A stretch of DNA of 64,000 nucleotides from Methanosarcinales archaeon (GTDB taxonomy: Archaea > Halobacteriota > Methanosarcinia > Methanosarcinales > Methanocomedenaceae), in contig JAIOQW010000347.1 of assembly GCA_021108405.1 (NCBI GenBank), positions 18,486 to 82,485 of the forward strand. Direction: 5' to 3'. Under the pieces are notes generated by a model. It was not told where the DNA came from and ran no database searches. It was given only the letters and a program-made list of their open reading frames with translations. The position numbers and the translations under genes are program-made. The number at the start of each line of letters is the position of its first letter. Position 1 is the first letter of the stretch. This document shows, in pieces, positions 29,911 to 40,945 of the stretch.

Positions 29911-31012
29911 ATTCTTCAGTCATTAAATATGCTTCATCATCACTGTACTGCCTTGGCGGATGTTTCATAAAATAAGATGAAGGAGAATATAAAACTCCTC
30001 CTATGCCTCTTTCAAGACCGAGTTTGCAACACCGTATAGCATCTATTCCTACTCCTGCCGAATTGGGGGAATCTTCCACAGAAAGCCGCAATTCCAGTTC
30101 CATAGGAATATCGCCGAAGAGCTTACCTTCCATTCTGATAAAGCATACTTTATTATCCTTCTGCCATGGTACATAGTCACTTGGCCCTATGTGGATATTC
30201 CTATCTTCAAGCCTTTCATCAAGCACAGATTGGACTGCTTCAGTCTTTGATGTTTTCTTTGAACTGAGTCTAGTTCGATTTAGCATATTAAGAAAATCGG
30301 TATTTCCACCGGTATTTAACTGATATGTCCGCTCCAACTTGACCCCTCTCTTATTGAACAGGTCAGTCAAAGCTCTATGCGTGATAGTAGCTCCCAACTG
30401 GGCTTTCACATCATCACCGATAATCGGAAGACCTTTTTCTTTAAATCTATCTGCCCACACCTGGTCACTTGCTATAAAAACAGGTATATTGTTAATAAAA
30501 GCTATGCCTGCATCAAGAGCACATTCAGCATAGAACCGAGCAGCTTTTTCAGAACCTACCGGAATATAATTTAATAGGATCTCTACACCGGATTCTTTTA
30601 AAATATTAATGATCTCTTCTTTAGTGGACTCCTTCTTATCAGATGGAGAAAAGGTATATTCACTATCATAATTTTCCATATGTTCAGATATCCCATCCAG
30701 TATATTTCCCATCATTACCTTAACGCCCGTCAAAGGAATTTTATCACAGATTATTTTAGTGCAATTTGGTAACTCAAAAATAGCTTGGGAAATATCTTTA
30801 CCTACTTTCCTTTTATCAATATCAAAAGCAGCCACTACCTCAATATCATAAGGTTTATAACCACCAATATCCCAGTGCATCAATCCAATCGCATCATTAT
30901 TATTTTTATCTTTATAATATTCAATACCCTGAATAAGAGAACTTGCACAGTTCCCTATACCCACAATTGCAATTTTTATTTTTTTCACTGGTAATCGCCC
31001 GGATAAATTCAT
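29885..31012 (-). CDS. ino1: myo-inositol-1-phosphate synthase
   Basis: GIGNCASSL, NYIPVGS, GDDVKAQLGAT, QLNTGGNTDFLNM, EDSPNSAG. Confidence 0.95.
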   Translation of the reverse strand: MNLSGRLPVKKIKIAIVGIGNCASSLIQGIEYYKDKNNNDAIGLMHWDIGGYKPYDIEVVAAFDIDKRKVGKDISQAIFELPNCTKIICDKIPLTGVKVMMGNILDGISEHMENYDSEYTFSPSDKKESTKEEIINILKESGVEILLNYIPVGSEKAARFYAECALDAGIAFINNIPVFIASDQVWADRFKEKGLPIIGDDVKAQLGATITHRALTDLFNKRGVKLERTYQLNTGGNTDFLNMLNRTRLSSKKTSKTEAVQSVLDERLEDRNIHIGPSDYVPWQKDNKVCFIRMEGKLFGDIPMELELRLSVEDSPNSAGVGIDAIRCCKLGLERGIGGVLYSPSSYFMKHPPRQYSDDEAYLMTEEFISGKREY

Positions 31013-31098
31013 TTCAACCTTCTTCAGAAATGTTCACATCCTATATAAAAGTATGAATTCTATTCTCCATTATCTTACCTTATCAATGCCTTTTTTCT

Positions 31099-31159
31099 AG
31101 TATATCAAGTATAACTTGATATACTCAAGAAAATCCGACCGAAGGGAGGATTTTGTTCT
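31099..31159 (+). repeat. Minimal 61-bp hairpin element (A-F), consensus-like copy
   Basis: AGTATATCAAGT-ATA-ACTTGATATACT-CAAGAAAATCCGACCGAAGGGAGGATTTTGTTCT. Confidence 0.9.
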
Positions 31160-31175
31160 TGTATATCAAGTAAAT

Positions 31176-33083
31176 TCAGTCACAATCCACGAACTCGCCA
31201 GTCCTCTTATATGATGTTATTCCCGGAGGTAAACAACTCTTTAAATCATCACTACACAGTATATTTAAAAGATCACGCCCTATTTTACTCTCAACAAATG
31301 ACCGCTGCATGATAAAATCATATTCTTCATCCGCGAGGTGAATGAACTTCAGACCATTTGATTCTGCTACTGACCTGATGCCAATTCCAACATCTACCCT
31401 ATTCAGTTTTACAGCGGCTGCAACTGCACTATGAGTCCGCGCTTCGGTATCGTATCCATCCAGGTCACTGCAGATCTCATCGAAACCCACACCCAGTTCT
31501 TCTGCCAACTCGTGTAGCCTGTTATCTATCAATACCCTGGTTCCCGAGCCCCGGTTTCTATTGATCATTCTATGACCGGGAATATCCTCAAATCCATAGA
31601 TATCGCTATCGTGCCTGACTATAAGTCCCTGATCTCTCAGATAACCTTTAACAAGTACCGCATTTCTTATGCCAAAACTCTTAACAAACGAGATATTATA
31701 CACCCCTCCCTCATCCAGCAGATGTACGCCGCCCATATCCGCAACCCCATCTCTGACTGCTGTTAAGGCACCTGTACTACCTGCATTTATAGTTCTGACC
31801 TTGTAAGGTAAAAGGCGCGTCAGAGCTTCAAAACCCAGGCAGTGACTCCCTATAAATAAGATATCAGGTGATCTCACATCACCCATTAATGTTACTTCAA
31901 CTTCCTGTCCTGATGTGAGCATCTCTACGTTTGGATCAATCTCAATAAAACCGTCTGCATAAGCCAGAGTAGTTATAGCACCGGATCCTTTATCGACCGG
32001 ATAAGCCTGTCCTCTCACCAGACCTACGGGCAGCAACTGACGCCGTCCTACTGAGCGAAATTGAATTGCCATGCTGGCTGTTACTTTTGTTTTAGAGTCA
32101 GGTATTCCAAGACTATGCCTGATCATAGGAGCTGTGAACTCATTGAATATGGTAAGAGCTGATGTGGGATATCCTGGCAGTCCGAATACCGGTGTCCCAT
32201 TTATCATTCCTAATATTACCGGTTTACCTGGTTTGATATTAATACCATGAAGCAGCACCGTACCTTTTTCTTCAATGATCCTGTACATTACATCCCCAAC
32301 ACCTGCTGATGTACTGCCTGATGTTAATACCAGATGACACTCATGTACCGCCTTCTCAAGTATCTTTTCCATATCAGGGCGGTGGTCCCGGACAATCCCG
32401 TAATACTTTACATCTGCTCCACATTCCCTTGCAGCCGAACCCAATGAGTATGAATTAATATCATATACTTTACCAGGCGAAAGTACTGTACCAGGTGAGA
32501 TAAGTTCGGTACCTGTCGATATGATACCTACTCTTAAGTGTCTTACGTTTATACGGTCCACTCCTATGGCAGCCAATACACCTATCTCCCTGGGCGTTAG
32601 TCTGGTACCGGCCTCCAGTACTCTTTCCCCTATCATGATATCCGATCCTGCATGGATGACGTTCTCATTTATGGAAACGGGACGTACTATTGCTATACAG
32701 TCCGGATTTGGTCTGGTATATTCTACCATCACTACAGAATCAGCACCTTTGGGCATCATTGCTCCAGTTGAGATCTCTACTGCCGAATCTTTATCTACTG
32801 CCACTTCCGATAGAAAACCTGCATCTACTTTGCCATTTAGTGTAAGAAAAACGGGTCTGTCCTCTCTTGCAGAATATGTATCCTGTGCACGTACAGCAAA
32901 ACCATCCATAGAAGCACGATCAAAGCCAGGAACATCCTGATTGGAACTCACGTCTTGCGCCAGTATATGCCCCTGAACATCTTGTATGGCTAATTCAGTA
33001 ACCTCAACAGGTAGATGAATCTTGCTAATTATCCGCCTGGCCTCTTCGGATGAAATTAATGCCCTGAATTCTTTGCGATCCAT
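31176..33083 (-). CDS. moeA: Molybdopterin molybdotransferase MoeA fused to a PBP/LysR-type binding domain
   Basis: FDRASMDGFAV, STGTEL, SGSTSAG, KPGKP, GLPGYP. C-terminal GSH, NRNRGSGTR, EEYDF. Confidence 0.93.
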   Translation of the reverse strand: MDRKEFRALISSEEARRIISKIHLPVEVTELAIQDVQGHILAQDVSSNQDVPGFDRASMDGFAVRAQDTYSAREDRPVFLTLNGKVDAGFLSEVAVDKDSAVEISTGAMMPKGADSVVMVEYTRPNPDCIAIVRPVSINENVIHAGSDIMIGERVLEAGTRLTPREIGVLAAIGVDRINVRHLRVGIISTGTELISPGTVLSPGKVYDINSYSLGSAARECGADVKYYGIVRDHRPDMEKILEKAVHECHLVLTSGSTSAGVGDVMYRIIEEKGTVLLHGINIKPGKPVILGMINGTPVFGLPGYPTSALTIFNEFTAPMIRHSLGIPDSKTKVTASMAIQFRSVGRRQLLPVGLVRGQAYPVDKGSGAITTLAYADGFIEIDPNVEMLTSGQEVEVTLMGDVRSPDILFIGSHCLGFEALTRLLPYKVRTINAGSTGALTAVRDGVADMGGVHLLDEGGVYNISFVKSFGIRNAVLVKGYLRDQGLIVRHDSDIYGFEDIPGHRMINRNRGSGTRVLIDNRLHELAEELGVGFDEICSDLDGYDTEARTHSAVAAAVKLNRVDVGIGIRSVAESNGLKFIHLADEEYDFIMQRSFVESKIGRDLLNILCSDDLKSCLPPGITSYKRTGEFVDCD

Positions 33084-33123
33084 TTTATTCCACTATAATG
33101 TATATAGTAGGTTTACGTGAAAC

Positions 33124-36100
33124 TTATTCTTTCTTTCGTATAAACTGTACTACGATTAGCAAGATCAGTAAACTAATGAACAGACCCGGAGCAGGAATAC
33201 CTGTTTTTTCTTCAGTAGAGATATTATCAGCAGAAGTATCTGTATCAGTTGAAGATTCTTCCACTACTGTCGGATCAACAACCATACCTTCTTCACCAGC
33301 CGAACCTGTAAGGTTCGGTTTCCCGGTTACAGCAAAAGAAGAGAAACCTGGAGTTCCTGATTTATAATAAAAATTATTATCATCCTGATCTATCAAAGAT
33401 GTCTCAAGAGTATTCCAGGTCCCATTGCTGTACCTGTTCATTCGAATAGTTGTTTGATCTATATTGTTCGAAGTAATCCACGACTTTTCCACTTTGAATG
33501 AAATAGTTACATCAACGATATTTTTTGAAGTAGCCCAACCTGAGTTCCCCATCCAGATATTCAGGTTCTTATATACCATATCAGATAGACCATTGTTTAC
33601 CAGAGATGAAGTATTTTTAAGTATCTCAGTCTTTGTTGTGATTTGTCCTGAATTGGTCAAACCCGCGACATTGATACATTTTACTATGTTATCTTCCTTA
33701 TTGAATTCATAACATGTTTTCTGTCCTTTGCTAATGTATTCCCTAACATTCTCAATGATCAATATATTCTTATAATCCTCCCCGGAAGATCCGCCTCCAC
33801 TTGAACTACTTCCACTACCACTACCACTACCACTACCACTACTTCCACTATCACTACTTTCTTCTTTTCTTGTTACTGTAATTGTACTTGATGTTACCTG
33901 GTTGTCTTGATCAGTTACTGTAGCAGTAATGATGTTATCACCCAATGATAAGGGAACCTCTATTGAGTATGTTCCTGAATGATCCGAGATATTAAGATCC
34001 TGATAATATTGGTGTTTATTTACTGTTACAGTTACATTCATGGCTGAACCATTTCCGCCAACATCACCTTTAATATCAATCCAATCCGAAGTGCAACTAG
34101 ATCCATTAAAAGGAGATGTGATGTTGATGGATATTGGCAATTTTTCTACTATGTTGATTGTTAATTGATCGTTACTGGTCTCACCTGAAGTACCATTTGC
34201 ATCGATAGTGTAGTTAAAAGAACCTTCTGTTGTAGTATTTACCGGGATAAATAATATCTCACCACTATTATAATCCGTAGGGGAGACATGTGGACTGCCA
34301 TTTATTGATACCCGGTATTTATTGGGGGATTTATCGGTAATAACCCATATAATATTTGCAACAACACCCTGTTCAATAGATTGATCAGGTGGAGAATTTA
34401 TCACGGGAGGTAATGCTTTTACAATAATACGGACCGTATAGTTTTTTTCATGTCCCATTGTATCATTCGCAAAGATGACATAGTCCGAGGTACCTAATGT
34501 AGAAGAATTTATCGAGATATTAATATCGCTTTGGCTTTCATAAGATGTGGGATTAACAATTTGAGTGCCATTTCTTGATACCCAGTACTGATGCGGATTA
34601 ACATCTATTATAGATATAATAATTTTTTTTTCAATATCATCATCTTGCTTGATCGTTAGTTCTTCCGGTCCTGAAAAGTTTATAATTGGTGATGTTGTAT
34701 CCTGGATGGTTATTTCTACCTGGTCAGATGCATTATTCCCGGATTCATCCTCTGCAAAGATTGTATAATTCCAGGTACCCTGCACTGCAGTATCTATTTC
34801 AACTATAATCTCACTACCGTTATCATAAGATTCCGGAGGACGTACTTCTGAATTATTTCTTAATACATAACACTGTTTGGGATATAACTCACTTATAGTC
34901 CAGGTAATGTTGTATCCTGTGGAACCCTGTTCGATTAATTGATCTCCCTGTCCGGTTATTACCGGACGAGTTATATCAAGGGTACTATAGGTAGTGGAAT
35001 TATTCCACACTATATCATTACCTGCAAGATCTCTTACTGAAACATGTACGGTATGTGTACCCTCCTCCCGGGCAGTGATCATTCCTTTCCACAGACCATC
35101 TTCCTCAGTATAATTTAATTGGGTACCCTCGGATTCTACTCTGATAAAATCAATATCAATATCAACATCACCGACCCTAACTTTAACCTGTACCTCATCA
35201 CCTGTACAAGGTGTACTGGTACTCAGTGTCACATCGTCTATTACAGGTGATGATGTATTAAAAATATCTACTATAGCCTGTGCGATCTTTTCATGACCTG
35301 CCGAATTGAAATGTAAACCATCATCGGTAACGGATTCATCAATGACCCAGCAGTCCGAGTATGTCTCATGTCCTACATAATCCCTTGCATCTACCACAAT
35401 CGATGATGGATAGTTCCATGCAATTTCTATCAATTGATTATTTATATTAGTGATCTTATCTAATCTTGTTTGCGTCGTTTGTGATGGTAAAATTAACATA
35501 ATTACCGGAATGATAGAATTATTATGAGATTTTTGAATCATGGATTCCCAATTTTTAATAATATTTGTACTACTTATACCACGATTTACATCATTTATAC
35601 CACCTTCAATTAATACATAATTCGGTGATAAATCAATTACATCAGATTCAAACCTTTCATTAATTTGTGAAGTTATTTGTCCACCAATGCCCATATTTTG
35701 GTATGTCTTACCTACTTTCGTTGACCAATGATGCTCAATTGTCGTAGGAATATTAGTAATATCTTCAGTTACAATAAAAGAACAGTGTTCAAGATTTCCT
35801 GAAATTATTGAATCCCCGATAAAAACCATATGTGTATTTTCCATATATGGTTCTATTACAAAAATATAATCCTCAGGGGTTTGTATTTCCCACTGGAAAT
35901 CTTTTATGGGTTTTGCACCACCATCAACGTAATACGTCCTATGGTCTCTATTATTCTGGTCTATATATAGTGCATCTCCGGTAGCATTGATCCGATAGCC
36001 ATAAAAATCACCTTCGTGCACTCCTTCAATAGGTGGAAACAGGTCGATCTTATTGATATCATCTGAAGAAATATTATTAACTAAATTATCTGTAATACCA

Positions 36101-36387
36101 ATCCTTTCATATTCATCTCCGCTTTTTCTCCACACAGTAAAATAAAATTCTCTTAAGTTCGAAGCATTAGCTACATCAAATCGTATTTGATTAATTGTAC
36201 CTGTCTGTCTTATTCTGTCATTATGACCAGCTTGTATGAATTCCCTATCCAAACCGCCCCAATTTGCCGTATCTGATTGTTCTATATCCGAATAAGGTGC
36301 TGTTTTTGAAAATGCACTTGTTGAAGGGACTATACATATACTAATTAACAATAATAAAACCAAAAAGCCAGATGTTTTTCTATTCAT
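33124..36387 (-). CDS. Surface protein: SGNH/GDSL hydrolase + Ig-like repeats + Gly/Ser linker + PGF-pre-PGF + TM anchor
   Basis: FIGDSI, NMGIGGQ, EGGIND and DDGLH blocks; TPGFSSFAV; IPAPGL + TM + RKK. Confidence 0.85.
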   Translation of the reverse strand: MNRKTSGFLVLLLLISICIVPSTSAFSKTAPYSDIEQSDTANWGGLDREFIQAGHNDRIRQTGTINQIRFDVANASNLREFYFTVWRKSGDEYERIGITDNLVNNISSDDINKIDLFPPIEGVHEGDFYGYRINATGDALYIDQNNRDHRTYYVDGGAKPIKDFQWEIQTPEDYIFVIEPYMENTHMVFIGDSIISGNLEHCSFIVTEDITNIPTTIEHHWSTKVGKTYQNMGIGGQITSQINERFESDVIDLSPNYVLIEGGINDVNRGISSTNIIKNWESMIQKSHNNSIIPVIMLILPSQTTQTRLDKITNINNQLIEIAWNYPSSIVVDARDYVGHETYSDCWVIDESVTDDGLHFNSAGHEKIAQAIVDIFNTSSPVIDDVTLSTSTPCTGDEVQVKVRVGDVDIDIDFIRVESEGTQLNYTEEDGLWKGMITAREEGTHTVHVSVRDLAGNDIVWNNSTTYSTLDITRPVITGQGDQLIEQGSTGYNITWTISELYPKQCYVLRNNSEVRPPESYDNGSEIIVEIDTAVQGTWNYTIFAEDESGNNASDQVEITIQDTTSPIINFSGPEELTIKQDDDIEKKIIISIIDVNPHQYWVSRNGTQIVNPTSYESQSDINISINSSTLGTSDYVIFANDTMGHEKNYTVRIIVKALPPVINSPPDQSIEQGVVANIIWVITDKSPNKYRVSINGSPHVSPTDYNSGEILFIPVNTTTEGSFNYTIDANGTSGETSNDQLTINIVEKLPISINITSPFNGSSCTSDWIDIKGDVGGNGSAMNVTVTVNKHQYYQDLNISDHSGTYSIEVPLSLGDNIITATVTDQDNQVTSSTITVTRKEESSDSGSSGSGSGSGSGSSSSGGGSSGEDYKNILIIENVREYISKGQKTCYEFNKEDNIVKCINVAGLTNSGQITTKTEILKNTSSLVNNGLSDMVYKNLNIWMGNSGWATSKNIVDVTISFKVEKSWITSNNIDQTTIRMNRYSNGTWNTLETSLIDQDDNNFYYKSGTPGFSSFAVTGKPNLTGSAGEEGMVVDPTVVEESSTDTDTSADNISTEEKTGIPAPGLFISLLILLIVVQFIRKKE

Positions 36388-36508
36388 AACTTAACTTTTT
36401 AAATTAGTATTATTTAATTCTTACGGAATTATATTTCGATTTCGAAAGAGTACTATGATCAAAAAGATCAACAACCCTGTAAATAGATTAAAACCCTGTG
36501 TTTTATTC

Positions 36509-37207
36509 TCACCACAATTTTTCCACTGGAATTGCCTGGTTATGGATACCTGTAGCAACCAGTGCACCTGAGATCCCTATATCACTTAATTGATCAAGAT
36601 CAGCCACATCCCGCACGCCACCTCCGAATATGATATCATGATCGGAATATGCAACTGCACTCTTAAGAAAATCAACATTGATGCCTGACTCCGTGCCTAC
36701 TTTTGTCAGGTCGATGATGATCAGGTCATTGATCGGATATTCATTGAGCTTCTTAACTGCTTCCAGTGGAGTGAATGACATCCTGGTATTAGTCAGGATC
36801 TTATTATCCATTATATCAATATTAACATGTATCCTGCCTACGTCTTTTAGCTCACATGCCTCCCCGATGACATCAAAGTCGGCATTCTCACACCCGATTG
36901 TCACAGTATCTGCTATCTCAAGTCCGGTTGATACATCTTGTGTGGTTTTGACACCACAACTAAGTATGGTTTTTGAGTACTGTGATACATTTTTAATAAC
37001 AGAATAATTATCACCTATTCCACGTATCAGGTTGAGGTCAGCGGCATATACTTCCTTAGGATGAAGTTCTTTAATAATATTAAGGGGATCTGATGTTTTA
37101 CAGACACAACTATATTCACCAATCGGAAGGTAATGTTCACGCTGACCGCGAAGTGCATGCACTACTAAACTATTGAATATATCCAGCACAAGAATTGTAC
37201 GCATCAT
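36509..37207 (-). CDS. HisA/HisF-related TIM-barrel protein
   Basis: VLDIFNSLVVHA, YAADL, KVGTESG, GGGVR, ALVATGIH. Confidence 0.85.
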   Translation of the reverse strand: MMRTILVLDIFNSLVVHALRGQREHYLPIGEYSCVCKTSDPLNIIKELHPKEVYAADLNLIRGIGDNYSVIKNVSQYSKTILSCGVKTTQDVSTGLEIADTVTIGCENADFDVIGEACELKDVGRIHVNIDIMDNKILTNTRMSFTPLEAVKKLNEYPINDLIIIDLTKVGTESGINVDFLKSAVAYSDHDIIFGGGVRDVADLDQLSDIGISGALVATGIHNQAIPVEKLW

Positions 37208-37260
37208 ATTATCAATTATTGTAACATGCTGCTTAAAGCATAAGTAGTTGTCTTTTTTAT

Positions 37261-37414
37261 AGTATATCAGGCATAACTTGAGTTGAAAATACTTCGTATT
37301 TTCTAATCCTCCATTCCTCTGGAATATCAGACGAAGATTCTTCGAATCTTCTAATCTTCGGCTCTTTTAAGAGCCTCAGTCAAGAAAATCCGGGCGGAGG
37401 GAGGATTTTATTCC
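37261..37414 (+). repeat. Modular hairpin element (A-G-C-D-E-F)
   Basis: B is replaced by the short hairpin GAAAATACTTCGTATTTTC. Confidence 0.88.
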
Positions 37415-37634
37415 CTTTAAATAAATAGATATTTAATCTCTAAAATCTATTTCGATATACTTATATATATCAACACTTATAATATTTAGTGTAAGGGTGG
37501 ATAAAACTTACTTGATACTCCTGGGATTCTAAGTAAAATACTCTCAGGCTTAATAATCCAGGAAAGTATTCGAGCATGTGATTTCGTAAGAGTATGTAAC
37601 TTTAATTTATATATACCTGAAGGAATAATAAGAT

Positions 37635-40034
37635 ATGAATATATCCATAGGTACAAAATTTGCTATCGGGATTTTATCTATTCTTTTATTCTCCTTTCTC
37701 TTTGCAGGAGGAGTTGTAGTGTATCTATTTAATAATATGGTACAGGACAACCTACAGCAAACTGTAGTCCAGGATCTTAATGCTGCTGATGTATTGTATC
37801 AAGATCATTTAATGCAAATAGAGGATACGATATACTATACTGCAAGTTCCCAACGGATATGTATTCCTCTTATTAATAACGATTCTAATTTGCTATATAC
37901 TAATCTTGTCAATATCTATAATGAAAGGTTCAAGTACAAACTTGACTTCATCACAGTTACTGACAAGAATGGTGTGGTTATAGTCAGGGCAGCAAATCCC
38001 ACAATTTTCCAGGACTCTATATATGATCATAATCTGATCTGGTCTGCCTTAAATGGTACGACAGTGTCATCTACCCAGATAATGACTGAAAAAGAGCTGC
38101 TTAAAGAACGTAAAATAATGGCAGATCAGTCATCTATGGAATTTAATAACACGCTAAATGTAAAATCCGGACCTGATAATATCTCAAACACATGCATGGT
38201 TATAATGGCAGCAGCTCCAATCAAAGACAATGAAGATAATGTCATTGGTGTATTGTATGGTGGTGACCTGATAAATCGCGATAATAAGATCGTAGATAAA
38301 ATACAGAATGCTCTATATCCTAATGAAAATTATAATAGCAATGATATAGGAGTAGTTACTATCTACCAGGATGATTTCAGGATATCTACTACTGTTCCCA
38401 CAGACACGAAAGAGCAGTCAGTCAGTACCAGAGTTTCAGAAGAAGTTCATGATGCCGTGTTAAATAAAGGAAAATACTGGGATGGCAGGGCATTTGTGGT
38501 AGATGAGTGGTACGTTACTGCTTATAAACCTATCAAAGATTTCGATGGAAATATTATAGGTATGATCAAAGTTGGTATCCTGGAGCAGCCGTATATTGAT
38601 AAAGGATATAAAGTACTGGGTATTTACCTTGTATATTTATTTTCAGGTTTTATATTATCAATTTTCTTAACCCGTTATTTTACCAAAACCATTACTAAAC
38701 CCATATATAAATTGACCAGAGGAACAAAGGACCTGGTTCATGGTAGTTTTAAAAGGATAAATATTAAAACAAATGACGAGATCGAAAAACTTGCTGATGC
38801 TTTTAATGATATGGCAATAGAACTGCAGAAGACAATGGGTAAACTTATTTCATCCAGGAATGAGATTGTAACAATGTTTGAAAGTATGAGTGATGTTGCT
38901 AGTGCCCAGGACATGAATATGAAGATCACTTTTGCTAATAAACTGGCAAAGGAGATATATGGTGAAGATATCATAGGCAAATTCTGTTATAAAGTATATG
39001 CATGTGAAGAAAAATGCTGTAAAAACTGTCCGGCTCTCGATTCAATTAAGACTACAAAGGTAACTCAAATAGTTCATAGAAGAATGAATAAGGAAAAATT
39101 TACCTCTTATTGTGAAATCACCTGTTCACTGCTAATAAATGAAAAAAATGATATTTCAGGCACTCTGATAATACGAAGAGATGTAACAGAGTCTAAAACA
39201 CTTGAGTATGAACTTAAGCAATCCTTTAATGACCTGGAAAGTGCCTATAAAGAACTTCAGCAAATTGACATAAAGAAATCTGAAATAGTCGCTAACTTTT
39301 CCCATGAGATACGCACTCCACTTACGGCTATTAAAGGTTTTTCAGAATTGATGATCGATGATACCTTTGGCATCACAACTGAAAAGCAAAAGAAATACCT
39401 GGCCGTAATAATACAAAATACTGATCGACTGACCAAATTGATAACAGATGTTTTAGACCTATCCAGAATGGACTCTAAAAATCTCGATATTACTACTATC
39501 AAACTGAATGATTTAATAAATATTATCAAAGCAGATTTTACCAAACCTGCTGTTAATAAACAGATCGAAATTTCAGTTGAGATCGAAGATAAACTGGTAC
39601 TTGAGGCAGATAATGACAAGCTTGCCAGGGTATTCACCAATCTATTGGAAAATGCTATTAAATTCACAGACAAGGGGGGTAAAATATCGATAAAAGCATG
39701 TCATAAGGGTAAAGATCAAATACATATTGAGATCAGTGATACTGGAATAGGGATACCTGAGGATGAACTTGAAAAAATATTTGATAGATTCTACCAGGTG
39801 GATGCAAGTAGTACACGAAAATTCGGCGGGACCGGTCTGGGTCTTGCTTTATCCAAAATAACAATTACCAGGCACAATGGTAAGATATGGGTCCATAGTG
39901 TGGTTGGGGAGGGAAGTAGCTTTCATATTATTCTACCAATCAAGCAGACTACAAATATTAATACACTTCAACAAACTCTTCTAATTACACACTTCGATTC
40001 ATCGAAGGGTTTAAATATCATCATCTACACATAA
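37635..40034 (+). CDS. Membrane sensor histidine kinase (Cache-HAMP-PAS-HisKA-HATPase)
   Basis: Two TMs, DEIEKLADAFNDM (HAMP), SHEIRTPL, NLLENAIKF, DTGIGI, GGTGLGL. Confidence 0.92.
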   Translation: MNISIGTKFAIGILSILLFSFLFAGGVVVYLFNNMVQDNLQQTVVQDLNAADVLYQDHLMQIEDTIYYTASSQRICIPLINNDSNLLYTNLVNIYNERFKYKLDFITVTDKNGVVIVRAANPTIFQDSIYDHNLIWSALNGTTVSSTQIMTEKELLKERKIMADQSSMEFNNTLNVKSGPDNISNTCMVIMAAAPIKDNEDNVIGVLYGGDLINRDNKIVDKIQNALYPNENYNSNDIGVVTIYQDDFRISTTVPTDTKEQSVSTRVSEEVHDAVLNKGKYWDGRAFVVDEWYVTAYKPIKDFDGNIIGMIKVGILEQPYIDKGYKVLGIYLVYLFSGFILSIFLTRYFTKTITKPIYKLTRGTKDLVHGSFKRINIKTNDEIEKLADAFNDMAIELQKTMGKLISSRNEIVTMFESMSDVASAQDMNMKITFANKLAKEIYGEDIIGKFCYKVYACEEKCCKNCPALDSIKTTKVTQIVHRRMNKEKFTSYCEITCSLLINEKNDISGTLIIRRDVTESKTLEYELKQSFNDLESAYKELQQIDIKKSEIVANFSHEIRTPLTAIKGFSELMIDDTFGITTEKQKKYLAVIIQNTDRLTKLITDVLDLSRMDSKNLDITTIKLNDLINIIKADFTKPAVNKQIEISVEIEDKLVLEADNDKLARVFTNLLENAIKFTDKGGKISIKACHKGKDQIHIEISDTGIGIPEDELEKIFDRFYQVDASSTRKFGGTGLGLALSKITITRHNGKIWVHSVVGEGSSFHIILPIKQTTNINTLQQTLLITHFDSSKGLNIIIYT

Positions 40035-40048
40035 TACTATACCTAAAA

Positions 40049-40212
40049 AGAACAAAATCCTTCCTTCGGTCGGATTTTCTTAACTGAAGCTTCGGAGAAG
40101 CTGAAGATTAGAAGATTCGTAGAATCTTCGTCCGACATTCCAGAGGAATGGAGGATTAGAAAATGCGAACGGAGTGAGCATTTTCAATATATCAAGTTAT
40201 ACTTGATATACT
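40049..40212 (-). repeat. Modular hairpin element (A-B-C-D-E-F)
   Basis: Left arm of a 114-bp perfect inverted repeat with 40699-40812. Confidence 0.9.
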
Positions 40213-40240
40213 AAAACAAATCAAATGAGGGGGAAATCAT

Positions 40241-40459
40241 ATGGACTCATTCACAATAACCCAACCAAACGAGAAAACCACTCTTAAGTCAACATATATT
40301 AAGACAGTTGTAAGGACAGGTTCGAATTGCGAAATCTGCAAATTTCGGGATTATGCAAATAATAATCCAAATTCACCAATAAATAGAATATGGGAATGGC
40401 ACACAAAATGGTGTCCAGGATGGAGGGCCTATCAAAAGGAATTGGCTAAATGGAAATAA
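40241..40459 (+). CDS. Small CxxC...HxxWC protein
   Basis: GAGG SD; CEICKFR...RIWEWHTKWCPGWRAY. Confidence 0.7.
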   Translation: MDSFTITQPNEKTTLKSTYIKTVVRTGSNCEICKFRDYANNNPNSPINRIWEWHTKWCPGWRAYQKELAKWK

Positions 40460-40705
40460 TTAGATGCTTGGTTCAATCTGATAATAACAATCGGTATGGT
40501 ACTATCTGCCTTTATAACCATATTTGCATGTTCCTTCTATGGTAAACAGTGTATTTCGTATTTTACCAAGAAAAATTATACTTTAATATACCATAAAACA
40601 GGCATAACTATAAGCCAAGGACAAACATTAAGAAAGCTCAATAACTTTTAAGCGTAAATTAATCTGAACTTTCATAAAGTTGTGCTAATAGCTCTTAATT
40701 GTTTT

Positions 40706-40870
40706 AGTATATCAAGTATAACTTGATATATTGAAAATGCTCACTCCGTTCGCATTTTCTAATCCTCCATTCCTCTGGAATGTCGGACGAAGATTCTACG
40801 AATCTTCTAATCCTCCATTCCTCTGGAATGTCGGTCAAGAAAATCCGAGCGCTAGCGAGGATTTTATTCT
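40706..40870 (+). repeat. Modular hairpin element (A-B-C-D-C-F variant)
   Basis: F core is CCGAGCGCTAGCGAGG. Confidence 0.9.
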
Positions 40871-40945
40871 TAATAACTTAACGAAGTGGATAAAAAAAAG
40901 CAATTAAGCAGCTTTTTTTTGAAAGAAATTATGGAAAGTTTAAAT

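Noticed and set aside
37514..37571. Imperfect inverted repeat upstream of the sensor kinase
   Set aside because: Several mismatches and bulges in AT-rich DNA, and no second copy seen.
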